Source of the DNA: Clostridia bacterium | Lineage (GTDB): Bacteria; Bacillota; Clostridia; Christensenellales; Aristaeellaceae | Length of the DNA stretch: 64,000 bases | Direction of reading: 5' to 3' | NCBI GenBank assembly: GCA_017470095.1 | Contig: JAFUFC010000179.1 | Span: forward strand, 3,333-67,332 | In this document: positions 8,910 through 16,741 of the stretch, piece by piece | How positions within the stretch are numbered: position 1 is the first letter of the stretch | How the letters are laid out: each line of letters starts with the position of its first letter | Notes under the pieces: model-generated | Told to the model about the DNA's origin: nothing | What the model saw: the letters and a program-made list of their open reading frames with translations, nothing else | The model's database searches: none | Program-made: the position numbers and the translations under genes

Positions 8910-9811
8910 GCATCCTCCCCCACAATGCGCACTTCCGGCTCCAACTGGACGCCGAATTTTTCCTTCACCGTATCCTGCACCAGCGTTTTCAAAGCCAAAA
9001 AATCCTTGGCAGTTGCGCCACCCCGGTTGACCAGAAACCCGGCGTGCTTTTCGCTCACCTGGGCCCCGCCCACCCGGGCGCCTTTGAGACCCGCATCCTC
9101 AATCAATTTTCCGGCGAAATAACCCGTCGGACGCTTGAAAAAGGAACCGGCGCTGGGATATTCGAGGGGCTGCTTTTCCTTTCGCCGGGCGGCATAATCC
9201 CGCATGGCGAATTCGATCATTTCCATATTGCCCGTTTCCAAGTGAAAAGACGCGCCCAGAATGATCCATTGTTCCTCCATGGCCCGGGTATGGCGGTAGG
9301 CAAAGGCCATATCCGATCCGGAAATATCCCGGATGCCATCCCCGTCCAGTACCCGGACGGACGTAACGAATTTTCCCAATTCTCCGCCATAGGCTCCGGC
9401 GTTCATATACACGCCGCCGCCCACTGTGCCGGGAATCCCCTGAGCAAACTCCAGCCCGGTCAGGGAAGCGTCCCGAGCCGCGCGGGAAAGCGCGCTGAGC
9501 AGCGCCCCTGCCTGAGCATATATTTCGTTTCCCGTTACGGTGATTGCGGAGAACTTTTTGCCCAGCCGCACCGCCAGGCCCCGGAAGCCGCCGTCCTTTA
9601 TGAGCAGATTGGAACCGTTGCCCAGCAGCAGCACGGGCACTTCTGCCTGCCAGGCGGCAGATAAAAGCGCCTTCAACTGTTCCTCATTTTCCGGTTCGGC
9701 AAACACATCCGCTTTCCCGCCCACCCGCAGGGTGGTGCAGGGCGCCAGCGGCACTTGGCCATGCAAAGCAATATCCGGGCAGAGCGCACTGAGCCGGTCG
9801 TAAACAATCAT
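8906..9811 (-). CDS. murB: UDP-N-acetylenolpyruvoylglucosamine reductase
   Basis: LAPCTTLRVGGKADVF, LGNGSNLL and GGAQVSEKHAGFLVN are typical MurB motifs. Confidence 0.9.
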   Translation of the reverse strand: MIVYDRLSALCPDIALHGQVPLAPCTTLRVGGKADVFAEPENEEQLKALLSAAWQAEVPVLLLGNGSNLLIKDGGFRGLAVRLGKKFSAITVTGNEIYAQAGALLSALSRAARDASLTGLEFAQGIPGTVGGGVYMNAGAYGGELGKFVTSVRVLDGDGIRDISGSDMAFAYRHTRAMEEQWIILGASFHLETGNMEMIEFAMRDYAARRKEKQPLEYPSAGSFFKRPTGYFAGKLIEDAGLKGARVGGAQVSEKHAGFLVNRGGATAKDFLALKTLVQDTVKEKFGVQLEPEVRIVGEDA

Positions 9812-9842
9812 ATATATCCATCCTCCGATTGTATATTATAGC

Positions 9843-9874
9843 AAAAAATCCGCAGCATCGCAAGGTGCCGCGGA
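9843..9874 (-). terminator. Terminator downstream of manA
   Basis: Stem tccgcagca/tgccgcgga (1 mismatch), followed on the minus strand by TTTTTTGC. A TATAAT box for murB follows. Confidence 0.55.
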
Positions 9875-9938
9875 AATTATCATATCTTTTTTGGTAATTT
9901 TTTATGCTATTTTTTGCAAATTTTCCTTTTCTTAGCCC

Positions 9939-10886
9939 TCATTCCACCGTAGGATAGGACATTAGCGCTTCCCCGGCCGTCAGGCGGAGGTCATATCCAT
10001 CCGCTGGCAGCAGGGCCGTGCGGCCGGCAGGCAGGGCCATTTCGCCGCCGTCCCAGGCGACAAAGCAATCCTTCACTGCCGTCAGGAAAGCAAAACGCCG
10101 GTCATCCCGGGAAATCGTAAACGCGCCGTTTTCAAACCGGTCCAAGGAGAAATATTGCTCATGCAGCAAGCGGTAATGGCCGGGGGCCAATTCAAGCCCT
10201 TTCACCGCGTCCGGCTGGAAATCCACCCTCGTCACATCCACGGCCTTTTGGATGTGCAATTCCCGCTTGTTGCCGTTCTTGTCCGCGCGCTCCCAATCGT
10301 AAAAGCGATAGGTCACATCGCTGGACTGCTGAATCTCGTACAGAATGATGCCTTCGCCGATGGCGTGCACCATCCCGGCGGGAATATAGTATGTTTCCCC
10401 TGCCTTCACATCCACCCGGCGCAGCAATTTTTCAACGGCCGCGCCGGCCTGGCTGGCAGCCAGCAGCGCTTCCTTGGTGGTGCCGGCCTTGACCCCATAC
10501 ACCAGTTGGGCCCCTGGAGCAGCAGAAAGAATATGCCACGCTTCCGTTTTGCCCAATTTGTGCTCCACTTGGGCGGCATACGCATCGTTGGGGTGCACCT
10601 GCACGCTCAAAGTATCCCGGGCATCCAGCAGCTTGAGCAGCAACGGAAAAGGAGAAGCATAGCCCTTGCCCGTCAGTTTTTCCCCGTACTGGGCCATCAA
10701 TTCCGTCAGCGTGCGGCCTTCCGGATCCCTGCTTTCCAAACCGGGAATGGCGCTGACCTCCAGGCTCTCCCCCGTCCGAACGTCGGGAATATCCTTATGG
10801 AACACTCGCTTCAGCCCATCCCCACCCCAAGGGGTGGCGGAACCGAAACGGTAAGCGGGGGTCATCAAAATGGGTGCGATGGGCAT
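9939..10886 (-). CDS. manA: Class I mannose-6-phosphate isomerase
   Basis: Motifs are PWGG, LSVQVHPND, KTEAWHIL, VHAIGEGIILYEIQQSSDVTYRFYDW. Confidence 0.8.
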   Translation of the reverse strand: MPIAPILMTPAYRFGSATPWGGDGLKRVFHKDIPDVRTGESLEVSAIPGLESRDPEGRTLTELMAQYGEKLTGKGYASPFPLLLKLLDARDTLSVQVHPNDAYAAQVEHKLGKTEAWHILSAAPGAQLVYGVKAGTTKEALLAASQAGAAVEKLLRRVDVKAGETYYIPAGMVHAIGEGIILYEIQQSSDVTYRFYDWERADKNGNKRELHIQKAVDVTRVDFQPDAVKGLELAPGHYRLLHEQYFSLDRFENGAFTISRDDRRFAFLTAVKDCFVAWDGGEMALPAGRTALLPADGYDLRLTAGEALMSYPTVE

Positions 10887-11084
10887 GCGAAAGCCCTCCT
10901 TTTCATCAACAATCCATGCATAAAAAACGCATTTACAAACCCTGTGCCTGCTTGAATTATAGGCCTATCGATACCAAAATGCAAGAAATTTGCGCATTTT
11001 TCTCCAGCCTGGCCTTTGGCTGATTGCGAAGCGAAAAAAAGTGTGGTAAGATCAAGCCGACAAATCAACGAAAGAAGGATGGTC

Positions 11085-12551
11085 ATGCGCTATACCAACC
11101 CGAGTTTATGGGGTGATTATTCTGAACCCGACGTGATTCGGGTAAACGAGGATTTTTACATGATTTCCTCTTCTTTCACCTACCTTCCCGGCGTCCCGGT
11201 GCTGCGCTCAAAGGACTTAGTTCATTGGGCGCTGATCGGCTATGCCGCCGCTCATCTGCCCTTTGAGCGCTATAACCGCCCGGCCCACAAATGCGGCACC
11301 TGGGCCCCCAGCATCCGGTATCACGACGGGCTGTTTTATGTGTACGTCTGCCTGCCGGACGAGGGGCTGTTCGCTTTCACCGCGGCCGATCCCGCCGGGA
11401 TATGGGAATGCCATTACGTAAAGGACGTGTGCGGGTGGATTGACCCCTGCCCCCTGTTTGACGAAGACGGGAAAGCATGGCTGGTACACGGCCTTGCCGC
11501 CAGCCGCTGCGGCCTCAACAATATGTTGTTCGTGCACGAAATGAGCCCGGACGGGCTGACCATTCTGGACAAAGGCACGCTGGTATACAACGGCGCCGAC
11601 CACGGGGATATCACTGTGGAAGGCCCCAAATTCTACAAGCGAGACGGAACCTACTGGATCCTCTGCCCGGCAGGCGGGGTAAAGCCGGGATATCAATTGG
11701 CCTTGCGGTCTGACCGTCCGCTGGGGCCTTATGAACGCCGTGTCGTATTGCGGCAGGGAAGCACCGCCGTCAACGGCCCCCACCAAGGCGCGTGGTTTGA
11801 TGATGGCCGGGGCCGGGATTGGTTCATTCACTTCCAGGATATCGGCCCCTATGGCCGGGTGCCCCATTTGCAGCCGGTGGATTGGAACGACGGCTGGCCG
11901 GTGATGGGAAACCGGGGCGAACCGGTAATGGAGGGCGATACGGGCCTGAAGGAAGCGCCCGCTTGCATTCCCACATCGGATGATTTTTCCAACCGCCTGG
12001 GCCTGCAATGGCAGTGGCAGGCCAATCCCAATCCCGCCTGGTACGCCTGCTTGCAGCCTGGCTTGCGGCTCCATGCCGCCCCGGCGGAAACGATGTATGA
12101 AGCGGGCCAGTTCCTATCCCAACTGATGCAGCACATAAATTTTGATCTGGATGTGAAGCTGAGCGCGCATTTCCAGGATGGAGATGCGGCCGGCATCGGC
12201 ATTACGGGATATCCCTACCATTGTGCGGTGATCGAAGACGGCGAAATCCGCTCGCTGCAAGGCACGGTAACGGAAATCAACCGCTGGGAAAAGGATCGGG
12301 TGCGAGAGGATATCCTGGCCAGGGTTCCCTGGACGCAGCACCAGGTTCTTCTGCGCCTGCGTGTCCGTCAAGGCACGCTGGGCTTCCTGTACGCGGCGGA
12401 AGGCGGCGCGTGGACCCAGCTTGGCGATATGTACCCCATGACCGCCGGAGGCTGGACCTCCGCCCGGCCCGGCGTCTTTTGCCTGAACCGCAAAGGTCAC
12501 TGGGGCGGCTGGGCCGACGTAGCGTATGTGAAGATACAACCGAAGAAATAA
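11085..12551 (+). CDS. Glycoside hydrolase family 43 (beta-xylosidase/alpha-L-arabinofuranosidase-like) with a C-terminal beta-sandwich domain
   Basis: YTNPSLWGDYSEPDVIRVNEDFYMISSSFTYLPGVPVLRSKDLVHWALIGY and WAPSIRYHDGLFYVY are typical GH43 N-terminal blades. ATG 11085 has better RBS spacing than 11079 or 11016. Confidence 0.85.
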   Translation: MRYTNPSLWGDYSEPDVIRVNEDFYMISSSFTYLPGVPVLRSKDLVHWALIGYAAAHLPFERYNRPAHKCGTWAPSIRYHDGLFYVYVCLPDEGLFAFTAADPAGIWECHYVKDVCGWIDPCPLFDEDGKAWLVHGLAASRCGLNNMLFVHEMSPDGLTILDKGTLVYNGADHGDITVEGPKFYKRDGTYWILCPAGGVKPGYQLALRSDRPLGPYERRVVLRQGSTAVNGPHQGAWFDDGRGRDWFIHFQDIGPYGRVPHLQPVDWNDGWPVMGNRGEPVMEGDTGLKEAPACIPTSDDFSNRLGLQWQWQANPNPAWYACLQPGLRLHAAPAETMYEAGQFLSQLMQHINFDLDVKLSAHFQDGDAAGIGITGYPYHCAVIEDGEIRSLQGTVTEINRWEKDRVREDILARVPWTQHQVLLRLRVRQGTLGFLYAAEGGAWTQLGDMYPMTAGGWTSARPGVFCLNRKGHWGGWADVAYVKIQPKK

Positions 12552-12668
12552 GGCGGGGAGGACCGCTCATTGAAGGCCAAAGAGCGGACCCCCTCCACGC
12601 CTTCCCATGAGAAAGCCGCCCTTTTTATCGTTACCTATTTGACCGTTTGTAAAAAAGCAAATTCCTCC

Positions 12669-12698
12669 TTGACAGTTTTCCGATTCCAGCGGTATAAT
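12669..12698 (+). promoter_or_regulatory. Sigma-A type promoter of the thrS leader
   Basis: TTGACA (12669-12674), 18-nt spacer, TATAAT (12693-12698). Confidence 0.7.
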
Positions 12699-12699
12699 A

Positions 12700-12996
12700 C
12701 ACCCGATCCCCGGAATGACGGAGAACACGTTTCCCCCTCGCCAGCCATCAGAGAGAATGCGGACGGTGCAAGCATTTGGGCTGCGGTGGAAATACCGCCT
12801 CCCGACCGGCGGCGCTTCGCGCCCGTTACAGCGCGGCATCAAGGGGTCTGTTTGAAGGGCAGGGCAACATGGCCGATAGGACATGAGAAACGCATCCTCC
12901 CGGAAGAAAACAGGCAACAAGGGTGGAACCGCGGGCGAAGAACATGTTTTCACGCTCGTCCCTTCATTTTACATGACGGGACGGGCGTTTTATTTT
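12700..12996 (+). promoter_or_regulatory. T-box leader (tRNA-Thr sensing) with intrinsic terminator
   Basis: Stem I elements are TGACGGAG ... CAGAGAGA ... GGACGGTGCAAGC. The candidate specifier ACC (12794-12796) is followed by a purine and then CCTCC, which pairs with GGAG. The T-box sequence is GGGTGGAACCGCGG (12921-12934). The terminator stem is cgctcgtccc/gggacgggcg (12953-12987) plus TTTTATTTT. Confidence 0.85.
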
Positions 12997-13125
12997 GCCC
13001 CTCCCTCATAAGGAGCAAACCCCTTGCGGGTTTGCGACGCGGTAAAGCGAAATAAACGGCAGAGAAGAGAGCATACGCTGCCGCAGGCGAAGGTATGCGA
13101 TCAAGAAGGAGGAGGAAAAGAACCC

Positions 13126-14910
13126 ATGAAAATCATCTACAACGACGGCCACGTGGCCGAATGCCCGGAGGAAATGGAGCTGGAAGTGCTGCGCCACAGC
13201 GCTGCCCATATCATGGCCCAGGCCGTAAAGCGGCTGTACCCGAACGCCCACTTTGCCTACGGTCCCGCCACCGAAAAAGGCTTCCATTACGATATCGACC
13301 TGGGCGATGTGAAATTGGCTGATGACGATTTGCCCGCCATCGAAAAAGAAATGCAAAAGATCGTGAAAGAAAACCTGCCCTTCAAGGTCTATCCCCTGCC
13401 CCGGGCTGAGGCTGTGAAGCTGATGGAGGACCGCGGCGAAATCTATAAGGTGGAGCACATCGCCGACCTGCCCGAGGACGCCACTATCACTTTTTATCAG
13501 CAGGGCGACTACATCGACATGTGCGTCGGCCCCCACTTGACCTACACCAAGGCCCTGAAGGCATTCAAGCTCACCGCCCTGTCCGGCGCGTACTGGAAGA
13601 ACGACCAGAAAAACAAGATGCTCACCCGCATCAACGGCGTGGCCTTCCGCACCCAGGATGAATTGAAGGAATACGAAAAGCAGGTGGATGAAGCCAAGGC
13701 CCGGGATCACCGCCGCATCGGCAAGGATATGCAGCTGTTCATGACCGACGATCTGATCGGCAAGGGCCTGCCCATGTTCCTGCCCAAAGGCTATACCCTG
13801 TGGCAGCAGTTGGAAAACTATATCCGGGACAAAGAAGTGATGCTGGGCTACCAGCATGTGCTGACCCCCTGCGTGGGCACCGTGGACCTGTACAATACCA
13901 GCGGCCACTGGGAGCATTATAAAGACAATATGTTCCCCGCCATGGAAGTGGAAGGCGAAAGCTTCGTGCTGCGGCCCATGAACTGCCCCCATCATATGCG
14001 CATTTATGCCAACCGTCCCCACTCCTACCGGGATCTGCCCATCCGCATCGGCGAAATTGCCCATGATTTCCGTTTTGAAGCCAGCGGCACCCTGAAGGGC
14101 ATCGAGCGCGGCCGCCACTTCTGCCAGAACGATGCTCACCTTTTCGTCACCCCCGACCAGATCAAGGACGAAGTCAGTTCCGTGGTGGATTTGATTTTCA
14201 GCACCTATCAGGATTTCAACATCACCGATTACCGGTGCGTCCTGTCCTTGCGGGATCCGGAGGATAAAGTGAAGTACCACCAGGATGACGAAATGTGGAA
14301 CAAGGCTGAATCCGCCCTGCGGGAAGTGCTGACGGAGCTGGGCATCCACTTCACTGAGGAAATCGGCGAAGCGGCGTTCTACGGTCCTAAGCTGGACGTG
14401 AACGTAAAGCCCGCCGTGGGCGCGGAATACACCCTGAGCACCTGCCAGTTGGACTTCTGCCTGCCCGCCAAGTTTAACCTCAAGTACATCGACAAAGACG
14501 GCGTGGAAAAGACCCCTGTGGTGCTGCACCGGGCCATTCTGGGCTCCCTGGACCGGTTCATGGCTTACCTGATCGAGGAAACCAAGGGCATCTTCCCCGT
14601 TTGGCTGGCTCCCGTGCAGGTGAAGGTGTTGCCCGTCAGCGACAAGAGCATGGATTACGCCGAAAAGGTGTATGAGCAGCTCAAGCAAAAGCGCATCCGG
14701 GTGGAGCTGGATGACCGGAATGAAAAGATCGGCTACAAGATCCGCTATGCCCGCCAGGAGGACAAGGTGCCCTACATGATCATCATCGGCGAAAAGGAAA
14801 TTGCCGAAGGCAATATCTCCGTCCGTGACCGGGAAACCGACCAGACCACCGTGTACAGCCTGGAAGATTTCGCCGCCAAACTGGCCCAGGACGTCAAAGA
14901 ACGGAAATAA
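13126..14910 (+). CDS. thrS: Threonine--tRNA ligase
   Basis: MKIIYNDGHVAECPEEMELEVLRHSAAHIMAQAVKRLYP... together with class II motifs (FVLRPMNCPHH, GTLKGIERGRHFCQNDAH). GGAGGAGG lies 8 nt upstream of ATG 13126. Confidence 0.95.
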   Translation: MKIIYNDGHVAECPEEMELEVLRHSAAHIMAQAVKRLYPNAHFAYGPATEKGFHYDIDLGDVKLADDDLPAIEKEMQKIVKENLPFKVYPLPRAEAVKLMEDRGEIYKVEHIADLPEDATITFYQQGDYIDMCVGPHLTYTKALKAFKLTALSGAYWKNDQKNKMLTRINGVAFRTQDELKEYEKQVDEAKARDHRRIGKDMQLFMTDDLIGKGLPMFLPKGYTLWQQLENYIRDKEVMLGYQHVLTPCVGTVDLYNTSGHWEHYKDNMFPAMEVEGESFVLRPMNCPHHMRIYANRPHSYRDLPIRIGEIAHDFRFEASGTLKGIERGRHFCQNDAHLFVTPDQIKDEVSSVVDLIFSTYQDFNITDYRCVLSLRDPEDKVKYHQDDEMWNKAESALREVLTELGIHFTEEIGEAAFYGPKLDVNVKPAVGAEYTLSTCQLDFCLPAKFNLKYIDKDGVEKTPVVLHRAILGSLDRFMAYLIEETKGIFPVWLAPVQVKVLPVSDKSMDYAEKVYEQLKQKRIRVELDDRNEKIGYKIRYARQEDKVPYMIIIGEKEIAEGNISVRDRETDQTTVYSLEDFAAKLAQDVKERK

Positions 14911-14922
14911 ACCTATGTATCT

Positions 14923-14950
14923 AACGCCGCCTGAAAAGCGGCGTTTTTTC
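14923..14950 (+). terminator. thrS terminator
   Basis: Stem acgccgc/gcggcgt with loop ctgaaaa, followed by TTTTTT. Confidence 0.8.
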
Positions 14951-15004
14951 AATCCGGATGTTTTCCGCCCATTTTCAACAGGCAAAAGAAATACAATGCC
15001 GCCC

Positions 15005-15032
15005 TTGACAAATCCTGCAAATGGGGTAAAAT
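15005..15032 (+). promoter_or_regulatory. Sigma-A type promoter of the second T-box leader
   Basis: TTGACA (15005-15010), 16-nt spacer, TAAAAT (15027-15032). Confidence 0.6.
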
Positions 15033-15039
15033 GATTATA

Positions 15040-15315
15040 ATCGCTTTGACGGAGTTAGGTTCCCTTCCCCCGCGCCGCAGAGAATTGGCGGTTGGTGCAA
15101 GCCAAGGACGCGCAAGAGGAGCCGTCTCACTCCCGAGCAGACGGCTTGAACCAAAACCAGTAGGGCTGTCCGGCACGCCCCGTTATCATGGCGCAAGGTT
15201 TCCAAAGCTGGGAACTGGAGGAGGCTGTTTTCGTAACGGCAAAAAGGGTGGTACCGCGGTAAAGAAAATGCTTTATCGTCCCTGAAGCGCAAGCGCTTTA
15301 GGGACTTTTTATTTT
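15040..15315 (+). promoter_or_regulatory. T-box leader, putative Leu (CUC) specifier, with intrinsic terminator
   Basis: Stem I is TGACGGAG ... CAGAGAATTGGCGGTTGGTGCAAGCCAA. CTC (15126-15128) plus A is followed by CTCC (15130-15133), which pairs with GGAG (15051-15054). The T-box sequence is GGGTGGTACCGCGG (15246-15259). The terminator is gtccctgaagcgc/gcgctttagggac (15278-15305) plus TTTTTATTTT. Confidence 0.8.
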
Positions 15316-15340
15316 CTATCAACAAGGAGGCTTATACACC

Positions 15341-16741
15341 ATGCGGCAGATTTATATTTCGGATCAGACCCTGTGCACATACCATGCCAGGGAAGCGGGC
15401 TTCCGGCAGAAGCTGGAGGTGGCCCGGAAGCTGGATCATCTGGGCGTGGCGGCCATCGAAACCCCTGTTTTATCCTCAAATGACGCCGATATGCTGTTGA
15501 TGCGCAGCCTGTGCAGCACGGTGAAGCGCAGCGTGCTTTCCTGCGAAACAGGCTGGACGGCGGGCGGCGTGCAGCGGGCCTGGGAAGCGGTCAAAAATGC
15601 CGCCCAGCCCCGACTGGTGGTCACGATGCCCCTGACCAGCGCCCAATTGGAATATGTCTGCCATGTGAAGCCCCCCAAGGCCATCGAATTAATCGGCCAG
15701 TTGGTCGCCGCCGCCAAGGAAAAATGCCCTGACGTGGAATTTTCCTGCGGGGATGTGACCCGGGCCGAGCGTCCCTTCGCCCTCCATGCCATCCGTACCG
15801 CCGTGCAGGCAGGCGCCAACCGCATCGCTTTGTGCGATTCCGCCGGCCTGTCCCTGCCCGAGGAAATGGCCGCCCTGGTGCGGGAAGCCAAAGAAGCCGC
15901 AGGCGAACACGTGATCCTTTCCGTCCGCTGCGGCAATGAATTGGGCCTGGCCCTTTCCTGCGCCGTCAGCGCCGTACAAGCCGGAGCGGACGAAATAAAA
16001 ACCGCCTTTGGCGATGCCTTGCTTTTGAACGCCGCCGTTCTGGCTGCCTTGGTGCGGGCCCGGGGCGCCGACCTGCAATGGGAAAGCGGCATCGATATCA
16101 CCCGCATTCATCGCGCGGCGGAGGAAATTGAAGCCCTGTTTACCGCCAGCGCAGGAAAGCAGACCCCCTTCGACGGCCACGCCTGGTCGGACGGCAGCGA
16201 AGCCCTTTTGTCCGCCAACGCTGGAGACGAGGCGCTCTCTGCCGCTATAAAAGCCCTGGGCTATGACCTGGGCGAAGAGGACATGCAGCACGTGAAGGAA
16301 GCTATTGACCGGGAAGCCAAGGGCCGGGGATTGACCCGTGCCGAGCTGGAAGCGCTGATTCTTTCCTCTTCCCGGCAGGTGCCGCCCACTTACCGGCTCA
16401 AGAACTATCTCATTAACAGCGGCAACACCATCACCCCCAGCGCCCACATCACCATCGATAAAGCCGGGGAGCAGCTGGTGGGCCTGTGCGCCGGAGACGG
16501 CCCTATCGACGCCGCCTTCCTGGCCATTGAGCAAATTATTGGCCGCCATTATGAATTGGACGATTTCCAAATCGCCGCCGTCACCCAGAACCGGGAATCC
16601 ATGGGCGACGCCCTGGTGCGGCTGCGCCACGGCGGAAAGATTTACGCCGGGAAGGGCATCTCCACTGATATCATCGGCGCGGCCATCCGGGCCTACATCA
16701 ACGCCCTGAACAAAATTGCCTATGAGGAGAAAGCAGTATGA
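15341..16741 (+). CDS. 2-isopropylmalate-synthase-like protein (HMGL-like TIM barrel + LeuA allosteric/dimerisation domain) with degenerate catalytic motifs
   Basis: Overall collinearity with LeuA/CimA, including the C-terminal regulatory domain (GDGPIDAAFLAIEQII ... GKGISTDIIGAAIRAYINALNKI). The DTTLRDGEQ motif reads SDQTLCTYH, and the HxHNDxG motif reads VRCGNELG. Confidence 0.8.
   Translation: MRQIYISDQTLCTYHAREAGFRQKLEVARKLDHLGVAAIETPVLSSNDADMLLMRSLCSTVKRSVLSCETGWTAGGVQRAWEAVKNAAQPRLVVTMPLTSAQLEYVCHVKPPKAIELIGQLVAAAKEKCPDVEFSCGDVTRAERPFALHAIRTAVQAGANRIALCDSAGLSLPEEMAALVREAKEAAGEHVILSVRCGNELGLALSCAVSAVQAGADEIKTAFGDALLLNAAVLAALVRARGADLQWESGIDITRIHRAAEEIEALFTASAGKQTPFDGHAWSDGSEALLSANAGDEALSAAIKALGYDLGEEDMQHVKEAIDREAKGRGLTRAELEALILSSSRQVPPTYRLKNYLINSGNTITPSAHITIDKAGEQLVGLCAGDGPIDAAFLAIEQIIGRHYELDDFQIAAVTQNRESMGDALVRLRHGGKIYAGKGISTDIIGAAIRAYINALNKIAYEEKAV

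Noticed and set aside
12570-13055. A 161-aa ORF and its antisense partner 12567..12953 between the GH43 gene and thrS.
   Set aside because: The region is occupied by a promoter and a complete T-box leader with terminator, and the ORFs have no RBS or recognisable domains.
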